Under the pieces are notes generated by a model, which was not told where the DNA came from, made no database searches, and saw only the letters and a list, made by a program, of their open reading frames with translations. This document shows, one piece after another, positions 19,019-28,218 of a stretch of 64,000 bases of DNA. Every line of letters starts with the position of its first letter. The stretch's first letter is position 1. Source of the DNA: Candidatus Thorarchaeota archaeon (lineage in GTDB: Archaea > Asgardarchaeota > Thorarchaeia > Thorarchaeales > Thorarchaeaceae). Both the position numbers and the translations under genes were made by a program. The stretch covers positions 1 to 64,000 of the forward strand of contig SDNP01000007.1 of assembly GCA_004524445.1 (NCBI GenBank), written 5' to 3'.

Positions 19019-19201
19019 ATGCGACTAATAGCCGTGCATCTTCCAGAGAGAATAATCGATGACATTGAACGTCTGATAGAAAATGGGCTCTATCCGAATC
19101 GTTCAGAGGCCATAAGAATTGCAATACGTGACTTGCTGAAACAGGAGCTCTGGGGGCGCGGCGCTGATCGCAATGCAAGGGTGAGTGAAATCATAGGATG
19201 A
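19019..19201 (+). CDS. cdrS: Ribbon-helix-helix (CopG-like) regulator, CdrS-like
   Basis: MRLIAVHLP...GLYPNRSEAIRIAIRDLL; ATGA overlap with ftsZ, the arrangement known for haloarchaeal cdrS-ftsZ2. Confidence 0.8.
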   Translation: MRLIAVHLPERIIDDIERLIENGLYPNRSEAIRIAIRDLLKQELWGRGADRNARVSEIIG

Positions 19202-20463
19202 AGTCACTGATAGATGCGGCCAGGGACCATGGTCGTGGCGAGAGAAGATTTCAAGAGAAGCGTGATGTTGGTCAAGCTCGAATTGTTGTTGTAGGCTGTG
19301 GTGGTGCAGGAAACAACACTGTGAAGCGCTTGATGACTATTGGTGTTCAAGGAGCTGAATGTATAGCTATCAATACCGACCGTCAGCATCTTGCAGTCAC
19401 AACTGCCCATCGAAAACTCCTGATTGGCGAAAAGATCACTCGCGGATTGGGGGCAGGTGGATACCCTCATGTTGGGCAGGCTGCTGCAGAAGAGTCCGCC
19501 CGTCAGATAACTGAATTGCTTCGAGATGCAGACCTTGTCTTTATCGCAGCTGGTATGGGCGGAGGCACAGGTACTGGAAGTGCTCCTATTGTGGCAGAGA
19601 TAGCAAAGAAGAATGATGCTATTGTAGTAGGCGTTGTTACCATGCCCTTTAGCCTTGAGAGGACACGTATTGACAAGGCAAACGCTGGTCTTGCAAGGCT
19701 TCAGGAATATGCAGATACCGTGGTAGTCATTGATAATCAGAAGCTTATGGATTTGGTACCGGACTTACCTCTTGAAGAAGCCTTTGGAGTCGCAGACGAA
19801 GTACTTGCAGGAATGACAAAAGGGATCACTGAAACTATCACCATGCCCAGCCTAATCAATCTCGATTACGCGGATGTTCGGTCGATTATCTGCAATGGTG
19901 GCGTTGCTCTAGTTGGCTTGGGAGAAGCCAGCGGATCAGATAGGGCTGGGGATGCGATAAAGAATGCACTGAATAGTCCTCTTCTGGAAGTGGAATGGTC
20001 AGGTGCGACCGGTGCGTTGATTCACATCACGGGTGGCCCTGACATGTCGCTTGCAGAGGCCAATGGTGTTGGTGAGAAAATATCGGAGAAGATGAGTAAG
20101 GATGCCAATGTCATTTGGGGCGCTAGGGTTGACCCACGGCTAACAGGTATGCTCAGGGTAATGCTTATTCTTACAGGGGTCAAGAGCCCGCAACTTCTCG
20201 CTCGAAGCAAGGACGAATCTGAAAAGCCGAAGACAAGAAGCACCCTCTCTCATTTAGGCATTGCTCAATCATCAGCTGGCTCCCTCGACCCTCGTAGGAT
20301 TAAGGATGAATTTCGTTCGATTGGAAAGATACCCTCTATGGGTGCTCGTTCGTGGGAGGAAAGGCTCAAACCCTTGGAAAAACGGCACCCCGGTAAGAAG
20401 CCTATTCCCGAGCGGAAGAAAGAACAGAACCTTGATGATTTAGGACTACGAAGAATCCTGTAG
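19198..20463 (+). CDS. ftsZ: Cell division GTPase FtsZ (FtsZ2-type by context)
   Basis: [17 protein letters not shown] tubulin signature, T7 loop NLDYAD; long C-terminal linker. Confidence 0.96.
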   Translation: MKSLIDAARDHGRGERRFQEKRDVGQARIVVVGCGGAGNNTVKRLMTIGVQGAECIAINTDRQHLAVTTAHRKLLIGEKITRGLGAGGYPHVGQAAAEESARQITELLRDADLVFIAAGMGGGTGTGSAPIVAEIAKKNDAIVVGVVTMPFSLERTRIDKANAGLARLQEYADTVVVIDNQKLMDLVPDLPLEEAFGVADEVLAGMTKGITETITMPSLINLDYADVRSIICNGGVALVGLGEASGSDRAGDAIKNALNSPLLEVEWSGATGALIHITGGPDMSLAEANGVGEKISEKMSKDANVIWGARVDPRLTGMLRVMLILTGVKSPQLLARSKDESEKPKTRSTLSHLGIAQSSAGSLDPRRIKDEFRSIGKIPSMGARSWEERLKPLEKRHPGKKPIPERKKEQNLDDLGLRRIL

Positions 20464-20562
20464 TCCACTCAGCTACATACGATTTTGCACAGATGTCTGA
20501 TGTCTGCTTGAATCTAGTCTCGCCTAGTTGGTAATTCCAATGTGATATTGGTTCATCTCATA

Positions 20563-20997
20563 CTACTCGAGTAAGCCTCTATCTCGGAGCCATGGCTCTG
20601 CTACTTGGACGACTCGTTCATATAACGGTCCCACACCATCAACGCCCTCCGGCGTAATTCTGATTTTATTCATTACAACAATTACGCCAGTATCCGGGAA
20701 GTAGCGCACACCGCCAGGTGGAAATTGTTTTTCCAATTCTTTGGCGAGACCCTCGAGACTGACTTCCTTCTCTGCTACGGCGAATGAAGTTATACTGTCG
20801 CCATAGATGAAAATCTTGGGGATTTCTTCGCCCTCGCTCGGAATGACTTCAGAGAGAACAATACTCAGGGTATCTTGGTCGATCCCAACCAATGTACCTG
20901 TGTATTCCTTGCCGTTCTTCAATTCTACCGTGATGGTTGCGCCGACAACCTGTGCCATCTCTCGGTTGAAGGCTCTCATAGCTGCTACATCAGACAT
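20563..20997 (-). CDS. Sm/Lsm RNA-binding protein with C-terminal domain (SmAP3-like)
   Basis: Sm1 (ITVELKNGKEYTGTLVGID), Sm2 (IFIYGDSI) plus about 70-aa C-terminal extension. Confidence 0.85.
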   Translation of the reverse strand: MSDVAAMRAFNREMAQVVGATITVELKNGKEYTGTLVGIDQDTLSIVLSEVIPSEGEEIPKIFIYGDSITSFAVAEKEVSLEGLAKELEKQFPPGGVRYFPDTGVIVVMNKIRITPEGVDGVGPLYERVVQVAEPWLRDRGLLE

Positions 20998-21289
20998 CTT
21001 GTTTCACCTTGTAAGCTGTAAATCTGAGCTTACTCACACGGCGATTTGCTGTTGTTTTAAAACCTCTGCTCTAGCGAATTCATATCAGCCAGATGAAACG
21101 CAGAGATAGAGTCTTGCCCTTATATAATCCAAGAATGTTTTTGCTCGTGCTATTTAATCTACCCACATTTCTCTGCTAAATCAGTGCCAAATTTGTTCAC
21201 AGATGGATAAATTCAGCTATCAATTCCTGATTTATCGAATATCGGAAATTTTGTTCCTTAGTCGACACTAATTCTTGAGTTGTTTAAGA

Positions 21290-21409
21290 ATGACAGCGAA
21301 ATTTCATGAACGAACTGAATGCATTGACCCATTTGATCCCTACAATCCCGAGCCCTGGACACTGAAAGCGGTAGACCCGTTTGATCCCTACAATCCCGAG
21401 CCCTGGTGA
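21290..21409 (+). CDS. 39-aa small peptide with duplicated core: MTAKFHERTECI-DPFDPYNPEPW-TLKAV-DPFDPYNPEPW
   Basis: ATG 21290; TGA 21407-21409 immediately after the second repeat; the only difference between the two 33-nt copies is synonymous in this frame (CCA/CCG). Confidence 0.65.
   Translation: MTAKFHERTECIDPFDPYNPEPWTLKAVDPFDPYNPEPW
21326..21406 (+). repeat. 33-nt direct repeat, 2 copies, period 48
   Basis: GACCCrTTTGATCCCTACAATCCCGAGCCCTGG at 21326-21358 and 21374-21406. Confidence 0.95.
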
Positions 21410-21613
21410 AGGGCGTTTTCCACAGTCGAAGTTGAAGAGTGAGAACAAACTCTCTCAACTTCGCAACTATTTTTCTGTATCCACAACCACCGAGAAGTTT
21501 CATCTCTTGTCGTCAAGCAGAATGTTTCACTGCTGAACATTCACTGGATTTGACTGTTCCCCTAGAGAATGTGTTATTAAGCAACTCCGTTGAACTTGAA
21601 ACGAGTGGCAAAC

Positions 21614-22441
21614 ATGTCTACTGCAAAGCACTTTGCTCTGAAGTACCTGCGTGAGGAAGCCTTACCAACACCCTTCTGTGCAGGCTGCGGAAACGGCATA
21701 ATCACTGACTCATTTCTCAAAGCTGTGAAAGATCTGGGCCATGAAAATCTACGCAAATTCGCCTTCGTGTCAGGGATAGGCTGCGGAGCATGGATTCCTT
21801 CGCCTCATTTTCAAGCTGATACTCTCCACACGACTCATGGGCGAGCAGTTGCCTTTGCTACCGGCTTAAAGATGTCCCGACCAGAGCTACAAGTCGTGGT
21901 GATATCCGGAGATGGGGACTTGGCTACCATCGGTGGAAACCATCTGATTCATGCAGCTCGGCGCAATATCGATATGACAGTGATAATGAGCAATAATCAC
22001 AACTACGGCATGACTGGAGGACAAGTTAGCGCAACGACATTTACGGGCGATACAACCTCCACAACTCCATACGGCAATCCGGAGCGGCCATTTGATATAT
22101 CCCGTTTGGTGGCTGCTGCAGGGGCTAACTTTGTGGCGCGTTGGACTACTGCTCACCCAAATCAAGCTGCACGAGCAATAAAGACCGCTTTGCAGAGAGA
22201 AGGATTCTCTTTTGTCGAAATTCTGAGCCAATGCCCAACAGCATACGGACGGAGAGCCAAGATAGGGAAACCTAAAGATTTCATCGACTGGTACAAGAAG
22301 TTACCAATACGAAAAAAGGATGCACCTCTGACGTATACGATACCAACCCGGGAGAGCATAGATCTTGGCGTATTCGTAGATCGCAATGAACCTGGATTCA
22401 AGAAAGCTATTGATGCCATGACAAAGAGAGCTCAGGAATGA
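21614..22441 (+). CDS. korB: 2-oxoacid:ferredoxin oxidoreductase beta subunit
   Basis: FCAGCG, SGIGC, HTTHGRA, GDGD TPP motif, YGMTGGQ, SQCPT. Confidence 0.9.
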   Translation: MSTAKHFALKYLREEALPTPFCAGCGNGIITDSFLKAVKDLGHENLRKFAFVSGIGCGAWIPSPHFQADTLHTTHGRAVAFATGLKMSRPELQVVVISGDGDLATIGGNHLIHAARRNIDMTVIMSNNHNYGMTGGQVSATTFTGDTTSTTPYGNPERPFDISRLVAAAGANFVARWTTAHPNQAARAIKTALQREGFSFVEILSQCPTAYGRRAKIGKPKDFIDWYKKLPIRKKDAPLTYTIPTRESIDLGVFVDRNEPGFKKAIDAMTKRAQE

Positions 22442-22447
22442 TTTGAG

Positions 22448-22975
22448 ATGCGAAAGGAAATGCGGATTGCAGGAACCGGCGGCATGGGTGTAGTTCTAGC
22501 GGGAGTAATCGTCGGCCATGCGGCAGTAGTTCATGCCGGATTGAATGCTGTGCAGAGTCAAAGCTATGGATCAGAGGCTCGAGGAACTGCAGCCAAGAGC
22601 GAAGTCATCATCAGCGACGGAGAAATAAAATATCCAAAGGTTCGTGGGTCGGATTATTTTGTTGTAATGAGCCAGAAGGCATTGGAGATGTACATCGATG
22701 ATGCTAAGAAGGGCAGTGTAGTTATAGGAGATCCTGATTTAGTAGACTTATCATCGATTAGTGGTCAATACGAGGTAGTGGCCGTTAAGGCAATCAAGAC
22801 TGCAGATGAGATTGGATTACGGCTAGCGGCAAATATGGTGATGCTGGGCGCATTGGTGAAAGCATCGCGAGTATTTTCAGTTCAAGCATTGGAAAAGGCA
22901 GTTACAGACTTGGTGCCCAAAAAGCATCTCGCCAAGAACATTCAGGCATTGAAGGCAGGCATGGATTTAACCTAG
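22448..22975 (+). CDS. 2-oxoacid:ferredoxin oxidoreductase gamma subunit
   Basis: GTGGMGV, QSYGSEARG, ANMVMLGA. Confidence 0.9.
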   Translation: MRKEMRIAGTGGMGVVLAGVIVGHAAVVHAGLNAVQSQSYGSEARGTAAKSEVIISDGEIKYPKVRGSDYFVVMSQKALEMYIDDAKKGSVVIGDPDLVDLSSISGQYEVVAVKAIKTADEIGLRLAANMVMLGALVKASRVFSVQALEKAVTDLVPKKHLAKNIQALKAGMDLT

Positions 22976-23250
22976 CCCCCATGTATTAACGGCAGAATTA
23001 CTATCTCATCGTTTGAGTTGAGTGCAGTATCAAGTCCGTTCAATATCTCAACATCCTGCTCATTTATCAATACTAGTGCCTCTCTGTTGATACTCTCAGG
23101 TGTATTCCACTCCTTTGCCACCTCGGCGTTGCTGCCAATCAAATGAGCCAGTGCCATTTCCAATGTACTATCTTTTTGAATCTCCACTTTCAGAGAATTG
23201 GAACCAAGTCTTTTTGAAATCGGGCCACGTATTATGAAACGCACAGTCAT
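22972..23250 (-). CDS. Ubiquitin-like MoaD/ThiS/Urm1 (SAMP) protein
   Basis: Beta-grasp size, VLINEQD, C-terminal ILPLIHGG. Confidence 0.88.
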   Translation of the reverse strand: MTVRFIIRGPISKRLGSNSLKVEIQKDSTLEMALAHLIGSNAEVAKEWNTPESINREALVLINEQDVEILNGLDTALNSNDEIVILPLIHGG

Positions 23251-23295
23251 CTAGTTTTCCTCATCTGGTATACCGCGTAACTTGAAGCGGGTTTT

Positions 23296-24063
23296 TCAGA
23301 GTTTCTCAAGCCTAGCTCTGAGGACTGCACCACAATATTTGCATTCTGCTTCCAATGGCCCTGTCCAGTCGATATTGTCTTTCGTCAATGAAGCGCCACA
23401 TGATGGGCAAGTTACCGGCAATCTTACTGTACGAATATCGGAGGTTTTTGGTTCTGATCTATAACGTTCAGGTAGAGCATGGTCCGGTGCCTGCATTTTG
23501 AAGATGTCTTCTATTTTTGGTTGTCCTGCAAACATCCTGAAGACAATAATTCCAACAATGAGAACTCCCCCGATGAGTAGTATGATTGGAATAAGTAGAA
23601 ATGTCGATATCGGAAACAGCGACCCTTCAGTATTAACGGGACTGCTGTCTGTTGGAATGTTTCCCACGTGTGCGTCGTCGTACACCCCAATCTCATAAAA
23701 GCCAGAGTTGCCACCAGTTTCCTCAATTCTAATGTATACAAATTTCGGTTCTTCGAGTGAGAACTCGACAGAAACCCCTTGCTCTCCCGCTCCCTCCCCC
23801 TCTGCCAATAGATCCGATATGTTGCTGTATAATGAAACTCGTATTCTGAACTGCATGTCCCAAAAGGAATCGCATGAGGCGATGACTGTCCACGTCCCTT
23901 CTCCCAGGTCTGCAGAATACAGGTCCTCCCCATTTTCGGTCATGTCTTGATTCGTGCTTGGATCATTCGGTATCAGGTTGTCAGCTGTCTGTGCGCCAAC
24001 CACTGTCACTGAAATCAAGAGTAGAATCATTGAACTACATATTAGGACGTGTCTAACCTTCAA
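23296..24063 (-). CDS. Single-pass membrane protein: signal peptide, beta-rich ectodomain, TM, cytoplasmic zinc ribbon
   Basis: Signal peptide ending VGA|Q; TM FLLIPIILLIGG...; CPSCG...CKYCG. Confidence 0.75.
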   Translation of the reverse strand: MKVRHVLICSSMILLLISVTVVGAQTADNLIPNDPSTNQDMTENGEDLYSADLGEGTWTVIASCDSFWDMQFRIRVSLYSNISDLLAEGEGAGEQGVSVEFSLEEPKFVYIRIEETGGNSGFYEIGVYDDAHVGNIPTDSSPVNTEGSLFPISTFLLIPIILLIGGVLIVGIIVFRMFAGQPKIEDIFKMQAPDHALPERYRSEPKTSDIRTVRLPVTCPSCGASLTKDNIDWTGPLEAECKYCGAVLRARLEKL

Positions 24064-24214
24064 CTAACCACAACTCCTCCACCCATGCGTCACTCTTGGT
24101 ATTAAGTCTTTTAGTAAAATTGGGCTGGTGAAGTCTAGGCGGAGAACCCAAACAATTTATACATTTGAAAATTTCACGGTTTCATTTCATAATACATACC
24201 AGAAGGTAGAACGG

Positions 24215-25666
24215 ATGAGCCTAATAGCAAGAGTTTTCGGATTAGAAAACGCATCAGAACCTGGAGTTCGTCTTGCAAGAATTCTGGCTATCATTCTCCC
24301 GGCATTCGCTGCCTCTTTCCAAATCAGTACAACCTTCTGGACTATTACTATTGCAGAGTCTCTAGGTAACGGGAATTATGTAGCAGGACTGGGTTTGGTT
24401 GGCTTCCTCGTCGTCTTACAGCTTGCTATCCAAACAGGACTGGATTATCCTACAGGTGTACTAGGCGACCACATCGGCCAGCGTTATGTGATTGCATCTG
24501 CACTCCTTTGCTATGCAGGAGCATTTTGGTTGACATCAACTTTGACGCCAACAAGTCCCATTCCTGTTTTTGTAGCAATATATGCCCTAATGGGTATCGG
24601 AGCATCCCAAGAGAGTGGTGCGTTCGACGCTTGGTTTGATAATAATTATAGAGTGGCGGTGCCAGAAGATAAGGACAGAAAACAATATGGAGTATTCATG
24701 GGAAAAGTCGGTTTTCTATGGCGTTCCGTGTCAACGCTCGTTTTGCTTCCTGGTAGCTGGCTTGCTGTACTTTATGGGCGCCCATGGGTATTCCAGCTCC
24801 AGACTATCTTGGCCATCGTTCTAGCCTTCGTTGTATTCCGGCTTATTCGCGATCTTCCGGGTGCAAGAGAAGAATCCCAAACAAAATCAGTGGGCGAGTA
24901 TCTATCACTTATGAAGGACGGATTTGGATTTCTCCTATCAGATAGATTCGTATTCATGACCATCATGGGAGAAGTACTCATATGGGCCACGGGGACTCTC
25001 TGGTGGACACTGATTCTTTTTCCACTATACTTCGCATACATGATTACTGATGTAGCAGTTTCGTCATATCGTACACTAGTCTTCATTCCTGAAGCAGTTG
25101 GTCAAGAACGCAGTGGAATCTGGGCTAAGAGATTTGATCCGGTGAAATGGGCTCCCAGATTTAGAATATTTGAATTCTGTGGGTTCTTCTTCTATGTAGT
25201 CCTAGCTCTTAACACGTTCATTTTCCCCCCACCGTTCCAATCAGAAAACCCTTTGCGCCTTACTCTCCCTTTCACTAACTTACCCATAATCGAAATGCCA
25301 GCAGAGTCAGTTCTCCCCATGATAATCATGTTTGTACTCTTTGTTATAACCGATGTATTTGCAAATCTAGCCAATATACTTACACAACGGGTCATGATTG
25401 ATGTCATCCCTAATAGAATTCGCAATAGTATGTATTCCTTAAAACCCACTCTTTCAATACTGTTTGCTATGCCCCTCCTCGCATTTTTTGGCTGGTTGTT
25501 GCCTTTAGGTGGATTCGGCATCACTTTTGCTTTAGTGTCGCTTATTGCATTAGCGGGGGCAATTCTGATTGCAAGAGGTTTTAGTTACCCCATTCCAAAG
25601 GCTGAAATCATAGTGCCAGCTCAGAAAGAAGAAGTCAAAGGTATCGAACAGCTAGAGGTCACATGA
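24215..25666 (+). CDS. MFS transporter (paralogue 1)
   Basis: About 12 TM; DYPTGVLGDHIGQR motif A. Confidence 0.85.
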   Translation: MSLIARVFGLENASEPGVRLARILAIILPAFAASFQISTTFWTITIAESLGNGNYVAGLGLVGFLVVLQLAIQTGLDYPTGVLGDHIGQRYVIASALLCYAGAFWLTSTLTPTSPIPVFVAIYALMGIGASQESGAFDAWFDNNYRVAVPEDKDRKQYGVFMGKVGFLWRSVSTLVLLPGSWLAVLYGRPWVFQLQTILAIVLAFVVFRLIRDLPGAREESQTKSVGEYLSLMKDGFGFLLSDRFVFMTIMGEVLIWATGTLWWTLILFPLYFAYMITDVAVSSYRTLVFIPEAVGQERSGIWAKRFDPVKWAPRFRIFEFCGFFFYVVLALNTFIFPPPFQSENPLRLTLPFTNLPIIEMPAESVLPMIIMFVLFVITDVFANLANILTQRVMIDVIPNRIRNSMYSLKPTLSILFAMPLLAFFGWLLPLGGFGITFALVSLIALAGAILIARGFSYPIPKAEIIVPAQKEEVKGIEQLEVT

Positions 25667-25782
25667 TACAATCCTTCGAGTTCGATTTCTAGTTGTTTTG
25701 CCTTTCAATCTGATCGAGAAAGAGGAGAAAAAGCATATTGGATACAGAAGAAAGCAAGAGCTATCAGAAGGATATACCTAAC

Positions 25783-27252
25783 ATGGCTGGTCGTAAAATT
25801 GTGCGTCATAGTGTGCTCTGTCGAATTTTTGGTTTCAGGCAACCAACCGAAGCTGGACTTAGTTTGGCGCGAATACTCATTATCTTGCTTCCTGCATTCT
25901 CAGCATCATTTCAGATATCCACATCATTCTTCATGATCTATATCGCTGAATCACTCGGCGGTGGCGATTACATAGCCGGACTAACTCTTGTAGGGGTGTT
26001 GGTTGTGGTACAGACTGCTGTTCAGACAGCGTTGGACTACCCAACGGGAGCTCTGGGTGATTGGATCGGTCAACGTTTTGTTATCGCGTCTGCTCTGGTA
26101 TCCTATGCAATTGCCTTCTATCTTACTTCCACTGTGACACAAAACACTCCCTTTACGACATTCCTGGTGATTTATATTTTGATGGGCTTCGCGAGTTCGC
26201 AGCAGAGTGGTGCATTCGAAGCTTGGTTTGATAACAACTACCGAGTTGCGATGCCTCATGACGAAGACAGAAAACAGTACGGTGTATTCTGGGGAAAGCT
26301 TGGAATGGTCACCCAAGTGATGGCCACTTTGGTTTTAATACCTGGTAGTTGGCTGGCATTGGTCTTCTCACGAACATGGGTATTCATGGTTCAGTCTATT
26401 CTATGTGTCATTCTCTCTATCATGGTCATATTCTTACTAAAAGATCTCCCTGGCGTTAGAGAGGAAAGAGAAGACCGCCCCAGCCTATCAGAATATGTCA
26501 CTCTTCTTAAGGACGGAGTGAAGTTTCTTTTTTCTGCAAAGTTCATCATTTTCATCATTCTAGGAGAAGTCTTTCTATTTGCGGTTGGGCCTGTTTGGTG
26601 GAACCTCCTACTATTCCCCTTGTACTTCTCATATCTATTGACAGATGTTGCCGTATCATCATATAGAACTCTGATTTTTATTCCTAATGCAGCGATGCAA
26701 GAGCGAACTGGAGTCTGGGCGCAACGATTTGAGCCAAAGAAGTGGATTCCACGATTTCGACTTCTTCAATTCAATGGATTTGTCGCTTTTCTATTATTGG
26801 CATGGCTCACCCTCATCTTTCCAACTCCCCAGACAACAGAAACAGTAGCTCTGTCGGTTTTTGGATTGGATATTATTCAGATGCCTGTAGAATCCGTCCT
26901 TCCTATGACGATTATGTTCGTTATCTTTGTAGTAACTGGTATTTTTGGTGGACTTGCAGGAATTTTAACACAGCGAGTTATGATTGATGTATTTCCTAAT
27001 CGAATACGAAATAGTCTCTATTCCTTGAGGCCAACTCTAGTGATGATCATGACAATGCCCCTTTTGGTATTCTTTGGATGGTTTATGCCCCTGTTTGGGT
27101 TTCCAGCAACATTTGTCCTGACTTCACTATTTGGGTTGATAGGGACTATTTTGGTCAGGAAGGCATTTTCTTATCCTGTGCCAAAAGCAGAGGTTGTGAC
27201 CATTGCCACAGAAGAAGAAACCGAGGAAGTAACTGAGATGGAAGTCACATAA
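25783..27252 (+). CDS. MFS transporter (paralogue 2)
   Basis: DYPTGALGDWIGQR; collinear with the upstream gene down to the C-terminal EVT. Confidence 0.85.
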   Translation: MAGRKIVRHSVLCRIFGFRQPTEAGLSLARILIILLPAFSASFQISTSFFMIYIAESLGGGDYIAGLTLVGVLVVVQTAVQTALDYPTGALGDWIGQRFVIASALVSYAIAFYLTSTVTQNTPFTTFLVIYILMGFASSQQSGAFEAWFDNNYRVAMPHDEDRKQYGVFWGKLGMVTQVMATLVLIPGSWLALVFSRTWVFMVQSILCVILSIMVIFLLKDLPGVREEREDRPSLSEYVTLLKDGVKFLFSAKFIIFIILGEVFLFAVGPVWWNLLLFPLYFSYLLTDVAVSSYRTLIFIPNAAMQERTGVWAQRFEPKKWIPRFRLLQFNGFVAFLLLAWLTLIFPTPQTTETVALSVFGLDIIQMPVESVLPMTIMFVIFVVTGIFGGLAGILTQRVMIDVFPNRIRNSLYSLRPTLVMIMTMPLLVFFGWFMPLFGFPATFVLTSLFGLIGTILVRKAFSYPVPKAEVVTIATEEETEEVTEMEVT

Positions 27253-27267
27253 CCATCCATTCCACAA

Positions 27268-28218
27268 TCAATAACTACTTAGTACTTCTTTCAAGGCAGC
27301 TGAATTCACACTTCCCGATGAATACGACTCATGCGTTTCTATATCGGTGAGTATTGCTTCAGAAGGTCCGAACCAGTGTGAGTCAAGGTATTGATGACTG
27401 ATACCAAACTGCGTGCCTAACTCATCTGTCTGAGCTTTATGATGTTCAAACGAATATGGAATCTCATTGGTAATGTGATATAAATCATCATTCTCTCCCG
27501 GCCTAACATACAAGAACACTCTTCCGCCGTGCATAATACACGCATTAGAAACTCCAATCGCTTGTTCGTCGTTATTTGCCACAGGTGCTATTGGTGCCAC
27601 ACCATATGCGCTTCTTACTTTGTCGGGATGAAATCCCAGTTTATGGAGCTTGAACACTCCCGATTGTATGATTCTGGATGCAATTAGGACGGACCCTACT
27701 CTCGACGCAGGAGGTGTTACAATACAAAACAAATCCGAAGTAGTAATGCCACAACCTTCTGCCAAATATTCAACGACTTCGGGTGTTGGTATCTGGCGGC
27801 CTTCGAGCAAGATAACGCCCAAGGTAGATATATCCTCGCAATTCATTTCCAGTCGAAGTTCCCCCTTCTGTGCTAGAGATGTTGCTGGCCCTGCTGCTAT
27901 CGCCATGAAATTTCCCACCTCGATTCTCCAGCCTCCAAATTGTGAGCACATGATAGCCTGTTTCGCCCTATCAGTTGCAACAATCGCTATAGGAAGAATG
28001 AGTTCTCCAAAGAGAGCTTCGCTACACCTCACGACTCCAAGTCCGCCCATTGCAATTTCAGCTACCATCTGACCAAGTTTCTCTGATCCTCTCACATTTA
28101 CGCCTGCATCAATCACAGTAGCACCATTGATTTTCTGCACAGTGCAATCTAGACGGTCAGGACTGTCCATAATCTCTTTCACGATTTTAGCTGCGGTTTC
28201 ATTAATACTCGTTTTCAT
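27268..28218 (-). CDS. Methenyl-H4MPT cyclohydrolase-like paralogue (divergent)
   Basis: Aligns end-to-end with the Mch at 52457-53419 (IDAGV, SQFGGW, APIAP) but has substitutions at conserved active-site positions. Confidence 0.8.
   Translation of the reverse strand: MKTSINETAAKIVKEIMDSPDRLDCTVQKINGATVIDAGVNVRGSEKLGQMVAEIAMGGLGVVRCSEALFGELILPIAIVATDRAKQAIMCSQFGGWRIEVGNFMAIAAGPATSLAQKGELRLEMNCEDISTLGVILLEGRQIPTPEVVEYLAEGCGITTSDLFCIVTPPASRVGSVLIASRIIQSGVFKLHKLGFHPDKVRSAYGVAPIAPVANNDEQAIGVSNACIMHGGRVFLYVRPGENDDLYHITNEIPYSFEHHKAQTDELGTQFGISHQYLDSHWFGPSEAILTDIETHESYSSGSVNSAALKEVLSSY

Noticed and set aside
21326-21406. Mini CRISPR array
   Set aside because: Only two units, a 15-nt spacer, no cas genes, and the repeat is better explained as in-frame coding.
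21258-21503. Minus-strand 81-aa ORF containing RARDCRDQ twice
   Set aside because: In this frame the repeat mismatch is non-synonymous and the ORF ends do not align with the repeat; the + frame fits better.
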